Positions 12,401 to 26,900 of a stretch of 64,000 bases of DNA are shown here, piece by piece. The notes beneath the pieces are model-generated. The model searched no databases, was not told where the DNA came from, and worked only from the letters and a program-made list of their open reading frames with translations. The DNA is from Podarcis melisellensis (lineage: Eukaryota): assembly GCA_964234715.1 (NCBI GenBank), contig OZ174279.1; one strand, 5' to 3'. Each line of letters begins with the position of its first letter. Positions within the stretch are counted from its first letter, which is position 1. The translations under genes and the position numbers were made by a program.

Positions 12401-13799
12401 GCAAATTGCTGTCTGTAGTTAATTTTTCCCTCTGTGCACTCAGGAATATATCTATTATAGATAGGAAAGCATGAGTAAAGCAGAAGCTATTAATCACATG
12501 CAATACACAAGAATGTTTAAAATCCAGCTTGGTGGCAGCTGGGGTTCACCATCAGCTACTGCACAGCTATATCCATACAATTTTTACATCCCTTAAACAT
12601 TAACAAGCAGTCAGTTCATAACCAATTGGTATTTACTGAAAAATAAATACCTTATAAAAGTATCTTGTAAAATTGGTGATTAAAACAGACTGAGCTGTGC
12701 ATGCTTGGGCCCTGCAGATTTTGCACAAAATGTTTGTTTTATGCAAACAGATTATACAAGCTAAAATTGTGCCTCTTGGACAGCTTTGGTCTGTCATGTT
12801 TGTAGTCAAATAGCAATAGATCATCTCTTCTTCTGATGGTATCTACATTTTTGAATCATTTGGAACTGTTTATCATTATGGTTGTTTCCCCCCAGAGTGC
12901 AAGCGAATCCTTTCCCTGTTTCTCCCACAGTGCCCTTTGAGTTTAAGACATACCCTCTCTTCTTCTTTCTGATACGCTCTTTAAATGTTCAGATAGTAAT
13001 TAGGGCTTCAAAGTCTTAGTCCTCCTGTTTGTCTCCAGCACTGCCATCCCATTTGTGCAGCAGATTTGTACTTGCGGAATAAAAGTTTTGCAAGGAAAGT
13101 TTCGTTGCTTCCTAGTTTTGGCGGGAGCGCCATTTTGTTTTGGCGGGAGCGCCATCTTAGTCAGCCTGGGTCCCATTGGTATTGTGTGAACGTTTATTTA
13201 ATGCCACCCCCACCCGGTAAGGAAGGGATCGAGATGCCTATTAAAAGGAATCCCAGTCCTGCACTCCCTTCTAAGAGGGTGATTAGAGGTCCGTCTCAGT
13301 CACTGCGTTCAGCTCCGACCCCTGCAGTCCCTCAACTTACGCTGGATCGCTTGACTGCCCTTAGACAATACCCAACCAGCCTTTACTCAAAAGGAGCACA
13401 CAGAAATCAGTATTGAAACAGAGAGGGAACTCTCAATGCAACAAAACTACTCAAAGCGCTGAACGACAGCGCCCAGAGAGCGACAATCGCAAATTGCCCA
13501 AAGTCACGTTAGCTAAAAAACTGCAAAGCTGCAGCTGCAGCCAAATTAAGGGACACCAGCCACTGCAAGGGCAGCCGAGTGGGCAGAGATCAATGGGCAG
13601 CAGCTCTCAGGGGCTGGAGAGCTAGAAAGAAGGGAAGGAGAAGGAAGGGTGGGGGGAGAGGACAACTCAAAAGGGGAACAATAAAGAAAGCATTAATGAA
13701 AAGGGGAAGAATAATGGAAGGAAATCACCAAGACTATTTGTCAAAGGTAAGTCTCTTGGCTGTGCAGAGGACACGCTGTTAGCTTGTTCTGAATGCAAG

Positions 13800-13946
13800 C
13801 AGTGGCGTAGCGTGGGGGGTGCAGGGGGGGCCGGCCGCACCGGGCGCAACATCTGGGGGTTAGGGTTAGGGGGCGCAAATCCACGGGTTAGGGGGCGCAA
13901 ATTACTTGCCTTGCCCCGGGTGCTGACAACCCACGCTACGCCACTG
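13800..13946. mobile_element. hAT-type MITE (147 bp)
   Basis: Perfect 17-bp TIR CAGTGGCGTAGCGTGGG; 8-bp TSD aatgcaag/aatgcacg (7/8 match). Confidence 0.85.
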
Positions 13947-14683
13947 AATGCACGAGCTGAAAGAGGAAGCTCTGGGTCACGTGCTTGGGTATATATAGGT
14001 CCCTCAATTCGTTTAGACTGCGCCAGATTGAACCCAACATCGAGGGACCTACCAATCGGGTGTTGTGACTAACCAACCTACCCACAACACAGGAGGTCAA
14101 TCTCCAGGTCTCACCGCAACACGTGCCCTCTTTTAGGGAGGACATGATAAACCCAAACATCCCCCTGTATAAATATTTTGATAAGGGTTAGCAAGGCAGA
14201 AATCATGAAATGTTGGCCATGCAGTAGACATATATTTCATCTCCTGGATGTTTTTGTTATATATTTTTAAAAACAGGAACTGAAAAGTGTTATGTTTACA
14301 AACCCAAAGGGGTTAGCAGTTTCACTTAGGCTGAAGTTTCCAAACTCCATTAACTTCTGTCTGAATGATTTGCATGGATTAAGAGGCCTACAAGTAAGGC
14401 GAAAAAAATGTAGCTCATGGGGTATTGGGGGAGGCATGGCAAGAAAGTTGTAAAGAATCCCTCAGGGTAAAGAATGCCTCTGGCCCCAGGGGTACCTAAA
14501 GTTTTTAGGATAAAGAGAGCCATCTACTGACTAAAAGGGGATGATCATAATCTGATAGGTCTGGTAAAACTCCCATTGTGAAATACAGCAATATTGTTTA
14601 AACTCAGACATCTAGCACAAAGGAAAGTGAGAGCACTATGTATAATTACAGAAACAAATATTGTGACTTAAACATTGGTCAGA

Positions 14684-14686
14684 TCT

Positions 14687-14734
<48 letters not shown>

Positions 14735-14736
14735 TC
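14684..14736. repeat. (TTTC)n microsatellite
   Basis: Read directly. Confidence 0.95.
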
Positions 14737-14852
14737 GAGGTCCAGATCGTTTGATCAAAGGATTTTCTTGCTCATTTGTGTGTGAATATCTGTTTGCCAC
14801 CTATAAATCACAGATTTACCATCCTGGTAATTTAGGGCTGTCTATATACCAT

Positions 14853-15205
14853 ACGCGGGTGGCGCTGTGGGTAAAACCTCAGTGCCTAGGACTTGCCGAT
14901 CCTATGGTCGGCGGTTCAAATCCCCGCGGCGGGGTGAGCTCCCGTCTTTCGGTCCCAGCTCCTGCCCACCTAGCAGTTCAAAAGCACCCCTAAGTGCAAG
15001 TAGATAAATAGGTACCGCTTTATAGCGGGAAGGTAAACGGTGTTTCCGTGTGCTGCACTGTTGCTGGCTCGCCAGAGCAGCTTTGTCACGCTGGCCACGT
15101 GACCCGGAAGTGTCTCCGGACAGCGCTGGCCCCCGGCCTCTTAAGTGAGATGGGTGCACAACCCTAGAGTCGGACACGACTGGCCCGTACAGGCAGGGGT
15201 ACCTT
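14853..15205 (+). mobile_element. Sauria SINE (Squam1)
   Basis: acgcgggtggcgctgtggg...aagtgcaagtagataaataggtaccgc...accttt; 12-bp TSD tatataccatac (14843-14854 and 15206-15217). Confidence 0.9.
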
Positions 15206-16217
15206 TATATACCATACATTTAAAGCAGATGACTTCACCCCAAAATCCTGGGAACTGTTGTTTACCGCTACAGTTCCCTGGACCCATAGCAACCTATAGT
15301 TCCCAAATTCCTTGGAGGAAGTCATGCCCTTTAAATGCACTTTAAATATATGGTGTGTGCACAGACAAATTAAGGGAGAAATATTGTAGGTTTTCAGTTG
15401 TCATAAAGTTTAATGGAGCATTAGGTACTAATGATATAGACATTGTGAGAAAAGTAGCCTGACTACAGAGGAGTTTGACTGCCCTACGTCCAGAAGTTGA
15501 AAAACACAAGTGGTCATTGAGGCGCCTTTAAACCTTTTTAACATTATCTTTAAATACTGCTTGGAGAAATGCAGTAAAAAAAGTGACAGGCAATCCTTAA
15601 GTTTAGTACAGGGTTACTTCCTATTGAGGAAACAGTGTTATGGATTAAGGTCAGCCTCCTACTTCCAAAATGTAGTGGTAGATGAAAAGTTGGGAGGTGA
15701 TCACCACCCAAAATTTATAGACTTTTGCAATTCAGTTTAAGCATAGGCCTTGGAGAAAGGCCAGAACCTGCTCATAAATCCTGCCTGACCTCCATAGATT
15801 GAAGCAGGATTTAACACATAACACATTACAGTGGAAAACATTACAGTTGCCCTGGTCAGTTCATTTAAGACTCATTTAAGGCCCTAACCATGTATTAAGT
15901 GAACATCCTTGAGTACCATTGAATTGCGTCTCTCTCTACCCATTCACCCCACACCAATGTCTCCCTAGTAATATAGTGCTGCAGAAAGAGGCTGTTGGAA
16001 TATTTTTGTATTGTTGGGGGGGGGGACAGGAAATGCCCTAATATACCACTTGTTTTTTAAACGCCTGAGATATGACATCATTACATTAGTACCCCGTCCT
16101 TTCACCCAATTGTACCCATATATGGCAGCCAATGCAGGCGACTAGAGAATTTAAGCTTTCATTTGTTTCTCAAATACATGAGCATCTCCATTTCTCTACA
16201 TGAATATTGGCAGCTTA

Positions 16218-16670
16218 CCATATTTTCCATGTATAAGACGCCCCCATGTATAAGATGACCCCTATTTTTTTTTAACCCAAAATTAAGAAATTAAGTTGTT
16301 TAGCTTTTGGGAGAGTGGGGGAAGTCACTTCCGCCAATCGCTCACCTGCCTGCCCACCACTGCCGATCGCTTGCCACAGCCACTGCCGATCGCACACCTT
16401 GCCATAGCCGCCAATTGTCTGCCCACTCGCTGCCACCAACAGCCTACCTGCCCACTTGCCGCAGCTGCCAGTTGCCTGTCACAGCCAATCACCAGCAGGC
16501 CTTGCTGCAGCCACCAATCACCCGCCCAATCACTGCTGCCAATCTCCTGCTTGTTGCTGCCATTAATTGCACGTCCCCCTCTGCATTCAATATCTGTGTA
16601 TAAGACGACACCCAATTTTTGCCTATTTTTTTAAAGCAAAAAGCATCATTGTATACATGGAAAAATACGG
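16218..16670. mobile_element. Tc2/mariner-like MITE
   Basis: TA|ccatattttccatgtata ... tatacatggaaaaatacgg|TA inverted termini; internal degenerate GC-rich repeats. Confidence 0.75.
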
Positions 16671-17957
16671 TAATTTGTCAACTGCCTTCAGGTAATGTGA
16701 GGAGTAAGCTCTCCTCTTTGGTGTGTACATCTCTGGCGACCCATTCACACATGCAGGTAGATGCTCATTAGTGCAGGCATCCAACACACATGTGTACCAA
16801 CCTGTCGATTAAAATCTGTCTGTTCTTTTCCCCCTGAGGAGTGTGCCAGCAAAACTGGTCTTTTCAGGGAGGAGTGGGCACTTCCTCATTGCTTGTTTAA
16901 TCTGTTACTGAATTCAGAAGTACTTTCTTTCTTATCCTAATGAGCGTATTTAGATAAGCAGGAACTGTAAATCTGACAGCTTTAGAAGATAACACTTATT
17001 GTTTCATCCTGCAGTACAGTTTCGGTCATATCTGCCAGTTTGAAGCATTAATTTAAGCTAATATTCTTGTTTACCAAAACTGCATGCTGCATCGTAGTCC
17101 ATCAGAATCTTCCTTTATTGTGAATCCCCAGTAGTCATTTATGTTTTATAACAGGGTAAACTTGATTCTCAGAATGTTTGATAAAAGAATAAGATGCTGA
17201 GCAATGAATTCTCAGAATTTCGTAGGATTTGGTTGGGTAGAGTTTGCATGTTTTCAGGGGAAAGTATGAGAACAACAGCCTAAAAGTATTCTAAGAAATA
17301 ACTATTCCAAAAAGTATATTCATTATTGTTAATACCAGTATTAGTATTATTAATAATAATTCAGTTTATATGCCCTTTCCCTCTCCAAGAAACCCAGGGC
17401 AATAAACACAAACCTAAAGCAATATCATCAGAAAAATTCTATAAACAGTTTAAAACTGCACAATTATTTCAGGAACAGTATCTTCCTACCATCAAATACC
17501 TGGGTAAATTAGAAAGTTTTAAAATACCTCCTGAAAGCCAATAATGAAGGAGACAGATGAACCCCACCAGGGAGGGCATTACCACAAGTGAGGACCCACC
17601 ACTGAGAAGGCCCAATCACAGGTCAATGGCAACCAGGGAGTGCAGCAGCTGGGAGCTGCTGACAAGGCCTCACTTGCCAATTGCAGAGCTTGAGACGGTT
17701 GATATGGTTTCTGGTCACAATCCTTCCATGCAACCCCCAATCCAGAGGCAGTATGCTTGTGTGAATACTAGCTTCTGTGGGAAACAATAAAACTGGAAAG
17801 TGTAGATGGCAAGAAATTTGCCCTGAATCCTTAGTATGCAGTTATGTGCAATTAGATTATCTAAATTCACCATGATTTCAGTTCTTAATGTGTCCTCTGA
17901 ACCATTTATGTGCCCTCAAGTAAATCATCTAAAGGGGACTCTTGATAAGACTGTTAA

Positions 17958-18362
<405 letters not shown>

Positions 18363-19966
18363 TGAAGAAACATGAGAAAACGAGGTGTATCCCAGCACTC
18401 TGGGCACTCAGCACCATCTTCAGTTTGTTTTCTTCAGGGTCATCCTTAACAGATGTTACCGCTGAAACTCAGTATTTCAGATGAGAATGAGCCCTTCCTT
18501 GGAATTAACAAAAATGAAGAGTTCAGAGATACATTAATGGAAGAGAGAATGGAGGGATTCCCAAATGTAATGGAAGATAAGAGAAGATTAATACTCCCCT
18601 AGGACCGATGAGAGATGAAAAAGGCACCTACATATTTGCTCAATATACTCTGTGGTTATTTGAAGAGCAGTAGGGAGATACAACTTGGGCTGCCACCTGT
18701 CCAGGTTTAAGCGGACACAACTGCATTGATTTTATTGGGGTTTCAACCAGGCCAGGGTATTTTCTACTTCATGTTTAGGCAGCAGGGATTTAAACACAAC
18801 AGTATATTTAAACAGCAATGGAGACACATGCTAAAATATAGGCTATCTTTTTAAGTTCATGTGGACAAGCCATGAAATTATCTGGTAATTTGTTATGTTA
18901 TATTTCATTGCAAGAGCACTCTGAATATTTCAGAGAAGCAAACAGAAACAAAACAAGCTGCCAGACTTGTCACGCCGTACTGTTTAATGCAATAATATTT
19001 ATTAATGGCTTGGGCTTTCTCAAAGAATAGATTTGATACTGATTGAATGCTGATTGAATAGGCTCATAAAATGAGGAGCTATTTGCAGAAGAAACTTGCT
19101 CAGTTAATGCATTTCCAACCTACTAACTTCAAAATGTGAATTTATTGATTTTCTATGATGCCAGTAAGAAGTTCTATAAAATATTTTGAATTAACACATC
19201 ACTGGCCTGGTTCACATGTCAGATTAAACCACAGTTTAAAACAAACTACGGATTAATGTGAACAAGAAGCATGCTCTCCCCTGGTCCTGCTGCACTGCAG
19301 ACAAAGCAAGCAACAATCTGGCTTGTCATGTAGTCTGAATCCGCAACACAACGAGCCAAACACTAACTTGCTTTGTCTGTGGCACAGCAGAAGCAGGGAG
19401 GATTGGCCTAGCAATATTTGAGCATTGTTCTCTGACTTGCTGTTCTTTCACATTAAACCATGGCTTGTTTTAAACTGTGAACTGGGGCAGTATTTCTTTG
19501 GCTTTGCCATTTCATCATTATTGATTTTTTTAGGTGCAAGCATATTAGGGCTGAAGTTATGGGGGAAAGGATAGGGATCCTTAAAGAAATTCACAAGCCT
19601 CAACCCCTCACTTACTCCAACTTTTGTCAAATCATAGCACCCCCTCCTCCTGTAGTATTCTAAAAACAAAAGCTGCCGGGGGCAGTGCAGAGGAGCAGGC
19701 TGCCCCCAGCCCCTGTATACCTGTTGTAGGTCATTTTATCAACTCAATCAAAAGCAGATTCTAGTATAGTGTTAGGATGTGTTTTGTCTTGAAAATGGAG
19801 GTTATACCCTAGAATGACAAGTAATTTAATAAATGCAGCTCATTCCCCCGTTGATTTTGTTTGCTATTATATTCTGCATTTGGCTTCCTTTCCAGTGTCA
19901 TAGGAAATGCAGGATAACATCTTAACAGACCTTTTATGTAGACTAGAAGGAAATGTCAGTGTTATA

Positions 19967-20089
19967 CAGTGGTACCTTTGGCTGTGGACAGTATCTGTTT
20001 CAGAGCTCTGGTCGGATCCCAAGGTTTCCGCAACCGGAGGGACTGCTTCTGCGCATGGTGTAGTGGTTACGTAAGCCGAGGTGCTACTG
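19967..20089. mobile_element. Degraded Tigger-like MITE
   Basis: TA|cagtggtacct start and decayed gaggtgctactg end. Confidence 0.5.
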
Positions 20090-20927
20090 CATTATGGTCA
20101 TAAGAAACTGCTTTATACTGTGTTAATCCAGCAAGCCCCATACTACTGACTCCTTCAGTTAGCTACAAGTATTCAGCATATTGCACGAATCCCTTTACCA
20201 CCCCCACTACCAGACATCTTTCCTTAACAGGATTGCTGTGAAGATATCAGTAAGATAATATATGTGATATGTAATAAATAATAATAAATGTAAAGTATTA
20301 TTATTTATTGGCGATTGAACCCAGAACCCTTTGCATCCAGAACGAAGTTTCAAGTCACATTACATCTTATTTCAGTCCTATTCCTTATAGGCTATTAAGA
20401 TATCATAGGTATATTCAGAATACATACAGTTGGGGGTTTTCCCATGATTCCTAGTCCTAGCAGGATGGATTTTGTGTGTAATTCAGGCCCAAATGATGGG
20501 GTTGCCCATTAACTTTATGCAACTGGTCGTTTCAATACATAGTCAGGGGTTCTGAACAGATTATAGTATGTCATCATGAAAAATGTAAGAAGAATCTCAG
20601 CCCTTAACTTACCTCAAGAGCTTGAATTCAGTATATTCCTTTGGTCTGCATACTCAAATGAACAGAGCCTGGTCATGGAAGGTGGAATGCTTTGAATGCA
20701 ATCTTCTTAGCAAGGTTTTTTTTTATCTTTGGTAAAATACAAACTTGTGGGTAGGTTGTGAGGTGTGAAGCCAATTCTTTAAACCATATTGATTCCCCGC
20801 CCCTCAGTGCCACATGTTAAAATGAAAAAGTTTTCTGTTCTCACACCAGAGCCCAGGGGCCTTCATCTAGCAGGGGGGAAAATGAATGATTTCTGTAAAG
20901 GATGCTGACATTCAATTATGTTCCTAG

Positions 20928-20994
20928 ATGAGACTGAATATGAATATAGTGGAAGTGAAGAGGAAGAGGAAGAAAATGACTCTGGAGAACCCAG
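20928..20994 (+). CDS. TNIK: TNIK coding exon (67 nt; DETEYEYSGSEEEEEENDSGEPS)
   Basis: ttcctag| acceptor and |gtaatg donor; conserved EYEYSGSEEE motif. Confidence 0.97.
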
Positions 20995-22109
20995 GTAATG
21001 AATAAATTGTTCTTTTCTGACTCTGTGTGCTTAAGACCAGTGGAGTTTAATAGAAAGTTGTGTAGGGCTAGAGTGGGAAGAGACAGAGAAGATACATTGC
21101 ACTCAGAAATTGTGGCAGAGTGGGCAGCTCTCCCTAAAATTGGATTGCTGCTTGAAAGCGATTCCTTCCTCTTGACTCTCACCCCTCCTATTCCTGACGT
21201 AGGTCGGCTATACCAACAAATATCTGGGCATGCTAAGAACCTGAAGGCGCTTCAAGATTGCTGCTAGTTTGAGGGTGGGATTCAGTCGCATACAAGCAAA
21301 TTCAGGTTGTGCGGTTAAAGTAGATTCGGTGCACTTGCACAAGAAACCTGCTCCCCCCCTCCAAAAAAACAACAACAGACTTTTGTTGTAAGGAAAATGA
21401 TTGGAAAAAGCACTAGATAGCAATTCTTTACATGGTGGCATGCATAACCACTGCGCAAACAAATCAGAACGAATGCTCCATAAACAGCCAGTGCGATGTA
21501 ACCTCCCTGAAAATGATGTTACAGAGGATACTAGAGCACATCTGTCTGGTCCCATTTAGAAGTTAAGCAGTAAAACATTTTCTGGACTGTACCACTTAAG
21601 TCTACTTGTGGAGGCTTGTGAATTCCAGTGTTGCTCCCTGGAAAAGTTTCATACAAACTTCATGCCGTAAAAGACTGGTCTGAATCCTTTGCTGTCTGAT
21701 ATTCTAGCTTTCTACTTGTGAGAAAGATTTTTGCATGGAAGCACTCAACTATGCAAATTGCTGTCTAAAGCGGTACGTTCCAGGAAAAGTGTTATCGCTT
21801 GATTCCACCACTTAAAGAACCTGGGCTTAGGACTGCGCATAGGGAGCCTTGACAATCAGGACTGCAGTTGTGGCTATATGGATATAAATAAGAGAATGCC
21901 AGTCTCTGTGGTCTCTGTAAAGTGTGTGACACAGCTGTGGAAGTACAGAGTTCTCAGAATATTCTCCAAATTAATTGACAGTGTTTTAGAAATTTGTGTT
22001 TCAAAGTGAGCTACTGAACACCCCACAGGAGCCAATTACTACTGCCCTGGCAGACTTAAATTTGCTTGTTTCTCACACTCCTGCTTCCGCTACATGATGC
22101 TGTGCTTGG

Positions 22110-22808
22110 TAGGGCTGGGCGATACCAGCTTTCCAACAGCGTGATGTATCGCCAGCTAAACATCGCGGCTTGGTGATATACCGCAATGTTGAAAAAACAA
22201 GCCGCATTGGCCTCTGCCCACGAGGAACCTGGTGAAACTGCCCCAGCTCTCACCTCAGGAACTGAGGCAGTTTCACCCAGATGCTCGTGGGCTTGGACAA
22301 CACAGCTTGCTTGCCCAGCTGAGACAGCCCCAGTGTTCCTCCTGCTCACAGGTGACTAGGCAGAGCATCGGGGCTCCTTTAACTGCTCACTGTGGGGAGC
22401 GCCAAACGCACTCCCCTCAGCTGAGCAGTTTCACTGAGGCCCACCCCCCTGGCTCACGGGAGGCAGTGGGGCTCCTTTAACTGCTCAGCTGAGATGAGGG
22501 CAGCTGCACACTCCTCAGTTGAGCAGTTTAAAGATGCAGGGGGAGGAACAAACTGTATCGGGAGCTTGTTTCTCCCTCGGCATCATATGAGGGTAGAGTG
22601 TGATGGCGGTTTCACTCAGCAATATATCGTTGGTGAAACTGCCACTGCTCCTGAGTCCCTCTGCTAGCAGCGCTGCTGGAGGAAGGAACTCTTTACTCCG
22701 TCCAGCGGATGCTGCTAGCAGAGGGACTCAGGAGCTGTGGCAGTTTCACCAGCAATATACCAGTGAGTGAAGCCGACATCGCGGTCTGCTCCTCATACCG
22801 GTCCTGGG
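22110..22808. mobile_element. Probable old hAT-like non-autonomous element with internal repeats and a hairpin
   Basis: Starts tagggctgggcgatac; repeated ggctcctttaactgctca and gcagtttcac motifs; right end and TSD not clean. Confidence 0.4.
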
Positions 22809-23168
22809 CTTGACTCTCCGTGTTTCGTATTTCAAACACAAAATTTCCTTGGGGAATAAAATGGTGGAAATGAAACATCAGGATGGTTGTTTCCTTAATG
22901 TTGGTTTAGTGATTTACTGCTGAGCAGAGGCTGCGGCCATCCCCTTAGAGAAGAAGGGGTTATTTCCCTTCTGCTTACATAAAGCCAAGATGGTCATTGA
23001 CAGTGGATTGATTTTATATTGTGGGGTTGACTCCTAGAGATGGTGGGAGGCGGATTCTGCCATTCAAGAACCTCTGTTAGTAGTTGATTCAAACAGTTCA
23101 AGAACCACCAGTGTTGTTGAATGCAGATGTGCCCCTGGAATGACATGCCTTTGTCTTTCCCTGTGAAG

Positions 23169-23373
23169 CTCTATCCTCAACCTTCCTGGAGAGTCAACAT
23201 TAAGACGGGATTTTCTGAGGCTTCAGCTCGCAAACAAGGAGCGCTCAGAAGCCCTTCGTCGGCAACAGTTGGAGCAACAACAACGTGAGAATGAGGAACA
23301 CAAGCGGCAGTTGTTGGCAGAGCGGCAAAAGAGGATCGAGGAACAGAAAGAACAGAGGCGGAGGTTGGAAGAG
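23169..23373 (+). CDS. TNIK: TNIK coding exon (205 nt; [68 protein letters not shown])
   Basis: tgaag| acceptor and |gtacta donor; TNIK-specific [16 protein letters not shown]; ends in phase 0. Confidence 0.97.
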
Positions 23374-23854
23374 GTACTAAATGCGCCTTTGCATGTAGGG
23401 CTTTCTAAAAGGCCTCAAAGGCTTCCAGTTTGGGTAACTGCAGGGAAGTGGGCAAATATGTGTTCTCAGCTGTTGGATGCTGGTAGAGTTTATGTATCCG
23501 CACAAACAAACCCAAGTTTTGAGCTTGGAATAGCAAAGGAAGGACCATATAGATGCATAGGTGATGCAGCAGATGGTAAGGAAGTAGCAGGCATGCCGCA
23601 AGTTGGATGCAATTTAATAAAGGGCAAGGGCTTGTATTTATCTTCATGATGGCTTTAGAAGTTTATTTTTTAAGCTGCGGGTGCCGTACTGTAACTATCT
23701 GGGCTGTAATTTATTAGGTTCATAAACAATTCACAGGCATCAGGGAAAAATTAATATGGCTGCCATAGCCACAAATTCAGCTGCTCAAGCCCAGTGCTTT
23801 AGGCAATGCAGGAAGACTGAAGCAGAGACACAACAGCAATGGCCCCAATATCCA

Positions 23855-23945
23855 TCCAAGTATTACTCAGTGTAGACACACTGAAATGAATGGACCTGAC
23901 TAAGTCAGGTCCATTCATTTCAATGGCTCTACTCTGAGTAAATAC
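23855..23945. repeat. Short palindromic element (MITE-like)
   Basis: Perfect 20-bp arms at 23882-23901 and 23903-23922, plus imperfect outer arms ttactcag/ctgagtaa. Confidence 0.7.
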
Positions 23946-26900
23946 CACACATAAATTGAACACCATCCATGAATTCTAAGTATTTAACATGGACCATGTT
24001 TCTGTCCATCCCATTACTATCTAGCCACAGTACTCTTTATTTCCATATCATTCCCAGTCTAATAAAGCCTGCACAGAGAATACTGTCTGTCCCACTTGCT
24101 TGTAAATTAGGCCTCTTTAACTGCATCAAGTGAGCTCTTTGTTCTCGTGAGTGAAGGACATTCTGACAAAGAGTGGCCCATTTGTGGTTACCTTTGTGAT
24201 GTCCTCATAGCCACTCATATTGAAGTCATCCCATCCCATTAAAAAAAAGAGACAATTAGCTATCTGTGCCAAGAGGTCACTGGACAAAGACTTCAAACAA
24301 ATGGGCTTTCCTGTTACATGGAACCAGTCATTTCGCCCATTTTATTCGGTCAAAGTCGCCTTTTGCTCTCTGGGTTTCTAGGCAATGAACAATGAAGCCT
24401 GAGGCGAGTAATTTAAACGTGAAAGAATTTCAAGCAGCTGATTTTGTGCTACTTGAGGAAAAGTGAATAGTTCTTTTCCGTGGCTGCTATTATTCAGGGC
24501 TAAAAAGAGAAGGCAAAGCATATCTCAAGATAGCAGAATTGATCAGCCTGGTAAATATATGAGGGCTGTTTCACATACTACTTTGTATTGCCATGATGTT
24601 GACCATGACCTAGAATAATACACAACATTTTCCGTTCACTCATGGGTCTTCAGCTTTCTGTTCACAGTAGGTAGCCCCTTGGTGCAGGACCCCATATTCC
24701 ATTTTGAAACTCGGGAGAACTTGGATGCAGTTCATTTAAAAAAAATTAAATCTGTTTTTTATCCAAGGCACTCAGACCAGCTTACAAACAACAACAACAG
24801 AAAGCAACAATCCCTGCAATAAAAACAAAACCATCATCCGTGCAATGAGAGAGTTAAAAAGGTTGCCTTGAGAAGCACAAGCAATTTGCTAATTCAGAAA
24901 AGCCTGCTTAAAGATCCTTGAAACTTGGTATTGTTTCTTACCATTCTTTAAAACATGAACCGTGATCAGCCAGAACCACCAATTTAAAAGTTGTATACAA
25001 TACAGTGGTGTTTTTTAAAAAAATAAAAATCACACACACAACCACTTTCCCACAGGATGTAATTGGGAAATATTGATAGATGCTTGTGTAAAAACAAATG
25101 TTTTACAATGCCTTTTTTAAAAAAAAGAATGTGATGTCCTGGCCAGTTTTGAAACTCCACTGTTTAGTGTAATATTGCCTAGCCACTAAGGAGTCAGAAA
25201 CCCCAAATGTACTTGCTTACAGGGTTACAAGGCCTTCAGGGTTAAGATCAAGGTGGTTGCAGTGGGCAATAAATTTTATAAGACCTCCTTTGCCAGCTAT
25301 ACTGGCCTTCTGGATGCAGGAAGTGTTTGACACAGCATTTAAAAAATGAACTTCAACCTGCGATGTCACAGTTTTTTTCTTTCACTCCTTGTTATGGGGT
25401 TTAATCTGAGGATTGTTTTTATAGTTTAAAACGTTGGGGTTTTTTGTGCTGTATTGTGACTTGTATTGTGCTAGCTGCCTTGAGTTCCTCAGCAAGTAGG
25501 CAGGATATAATTTTTTAAAAATTAATACGTTCAAATATTGACCCACAATAGGGCAAAGAGAAAAGAGATAATGTGTTGCAGGCCGCACAGCAAATGGGGT
25601 AAGAAGAAAACAGCGAGTTAAAATGGAGAAACGCTTTTCCATAGCAAATGTAGTGATACGGCCTTCTGGAGTGAGGAAAAATATATGTAAAAGTGGCCCT
25701 CGGGATGATAGGGTTTATGCAGCTCTGATCTACTACAAGCAATCTGGTCCTGCCATTGCAATTGGATGTGTCTGCCTCCAAAAAAAGAGCAGGTGATCCG
25801 GAACAACCGGTGGATGGAAGAGGAGATGGGATTAGCTGCCGTCTTGCAATAACACAGCGCTGGCTGGCTGTCACGTAGTCAAATGCTCTTTTATGCTGAA
25901 GCAAATAATAATAGCCTTTCTCTGCCTGTCTTCCCCCAAGAGGTTTTCATTTGTGAGCTTCATGGCCTTCTGCTTAACAATTTCTTGGTCATTATAGAAG
26001 ACTTAAGGAGCTGTGGGCACTCTAGCTTGCTTGATGGGGCCTGAGGCTCCTTATGCCCCTGAGAGCGCCACACATCTTATCCTCATATTCTCCCCACCCA
26101 TGGCTTAAAGTAGGGTTGGCAACTGGCAGTCTGCAAACTACATTCCACCACTGTCCTGGGTTTCTGTGGCTTTCCTTTGCTTCCTTTACCTCCAGGCTGG
26201 AAGCAGCTGGCGTGAGTGTCTTTGCCTGCGGCACTGAAAGAAAAAAATCCAAAACAATGTGGTCTGTGCATGATGCTGGGAAATTAATGCTTATGCTCCA
26301 GATGATTGGAAAAGTCACCCAAAGCGGCTGCTTTCACAGCTTCCTTCTCAGGCAATGCACCGCTTTCGAATTCTAAATGTCAAACAGCACCAGATTAATC
26401 CAAGCTTCAAGTAGGGAGACAGCGGATAGAGGGCTTTGTGAGTTTCCGGTGTGCTTTAAATGAGGGCTTTCTAGTTCAGACCAGCTCCGTAGATCACAAT
26501 AATCATTTCTGGATGGACACCCTGGCTTATGCCTTCTCGGTATTGAAAATTGCTGCAGACACCCTAAAAACGATTCATGCTTCATTTTAGCAAATCAAAT
26601 AGTTACCTAGCCCAGAACCATAGCACCTTAAAGCTGTTTATATTGCGATAAATGCACAGCCATTGCTCATTCCTTACAAAGAATTCAGATTGCTTTCCTC
26701 AAGAAAGCCCTTTTATGGTATATGGCAGCTTTTATGCAATCATGCCACAACATATTGTTGTGTAAGTATTATTCTTTCCCCAACTAGTGAATGGGAGCAC
26801 TGTCTAGACGCTTTCTTGCTGAGGGTCACGAATACCTGTTGCCTACTGTCCATGCATCAGTTGGTGGCTGGTGACAGGCAAGCCATGTCCAGCTTCAGGT

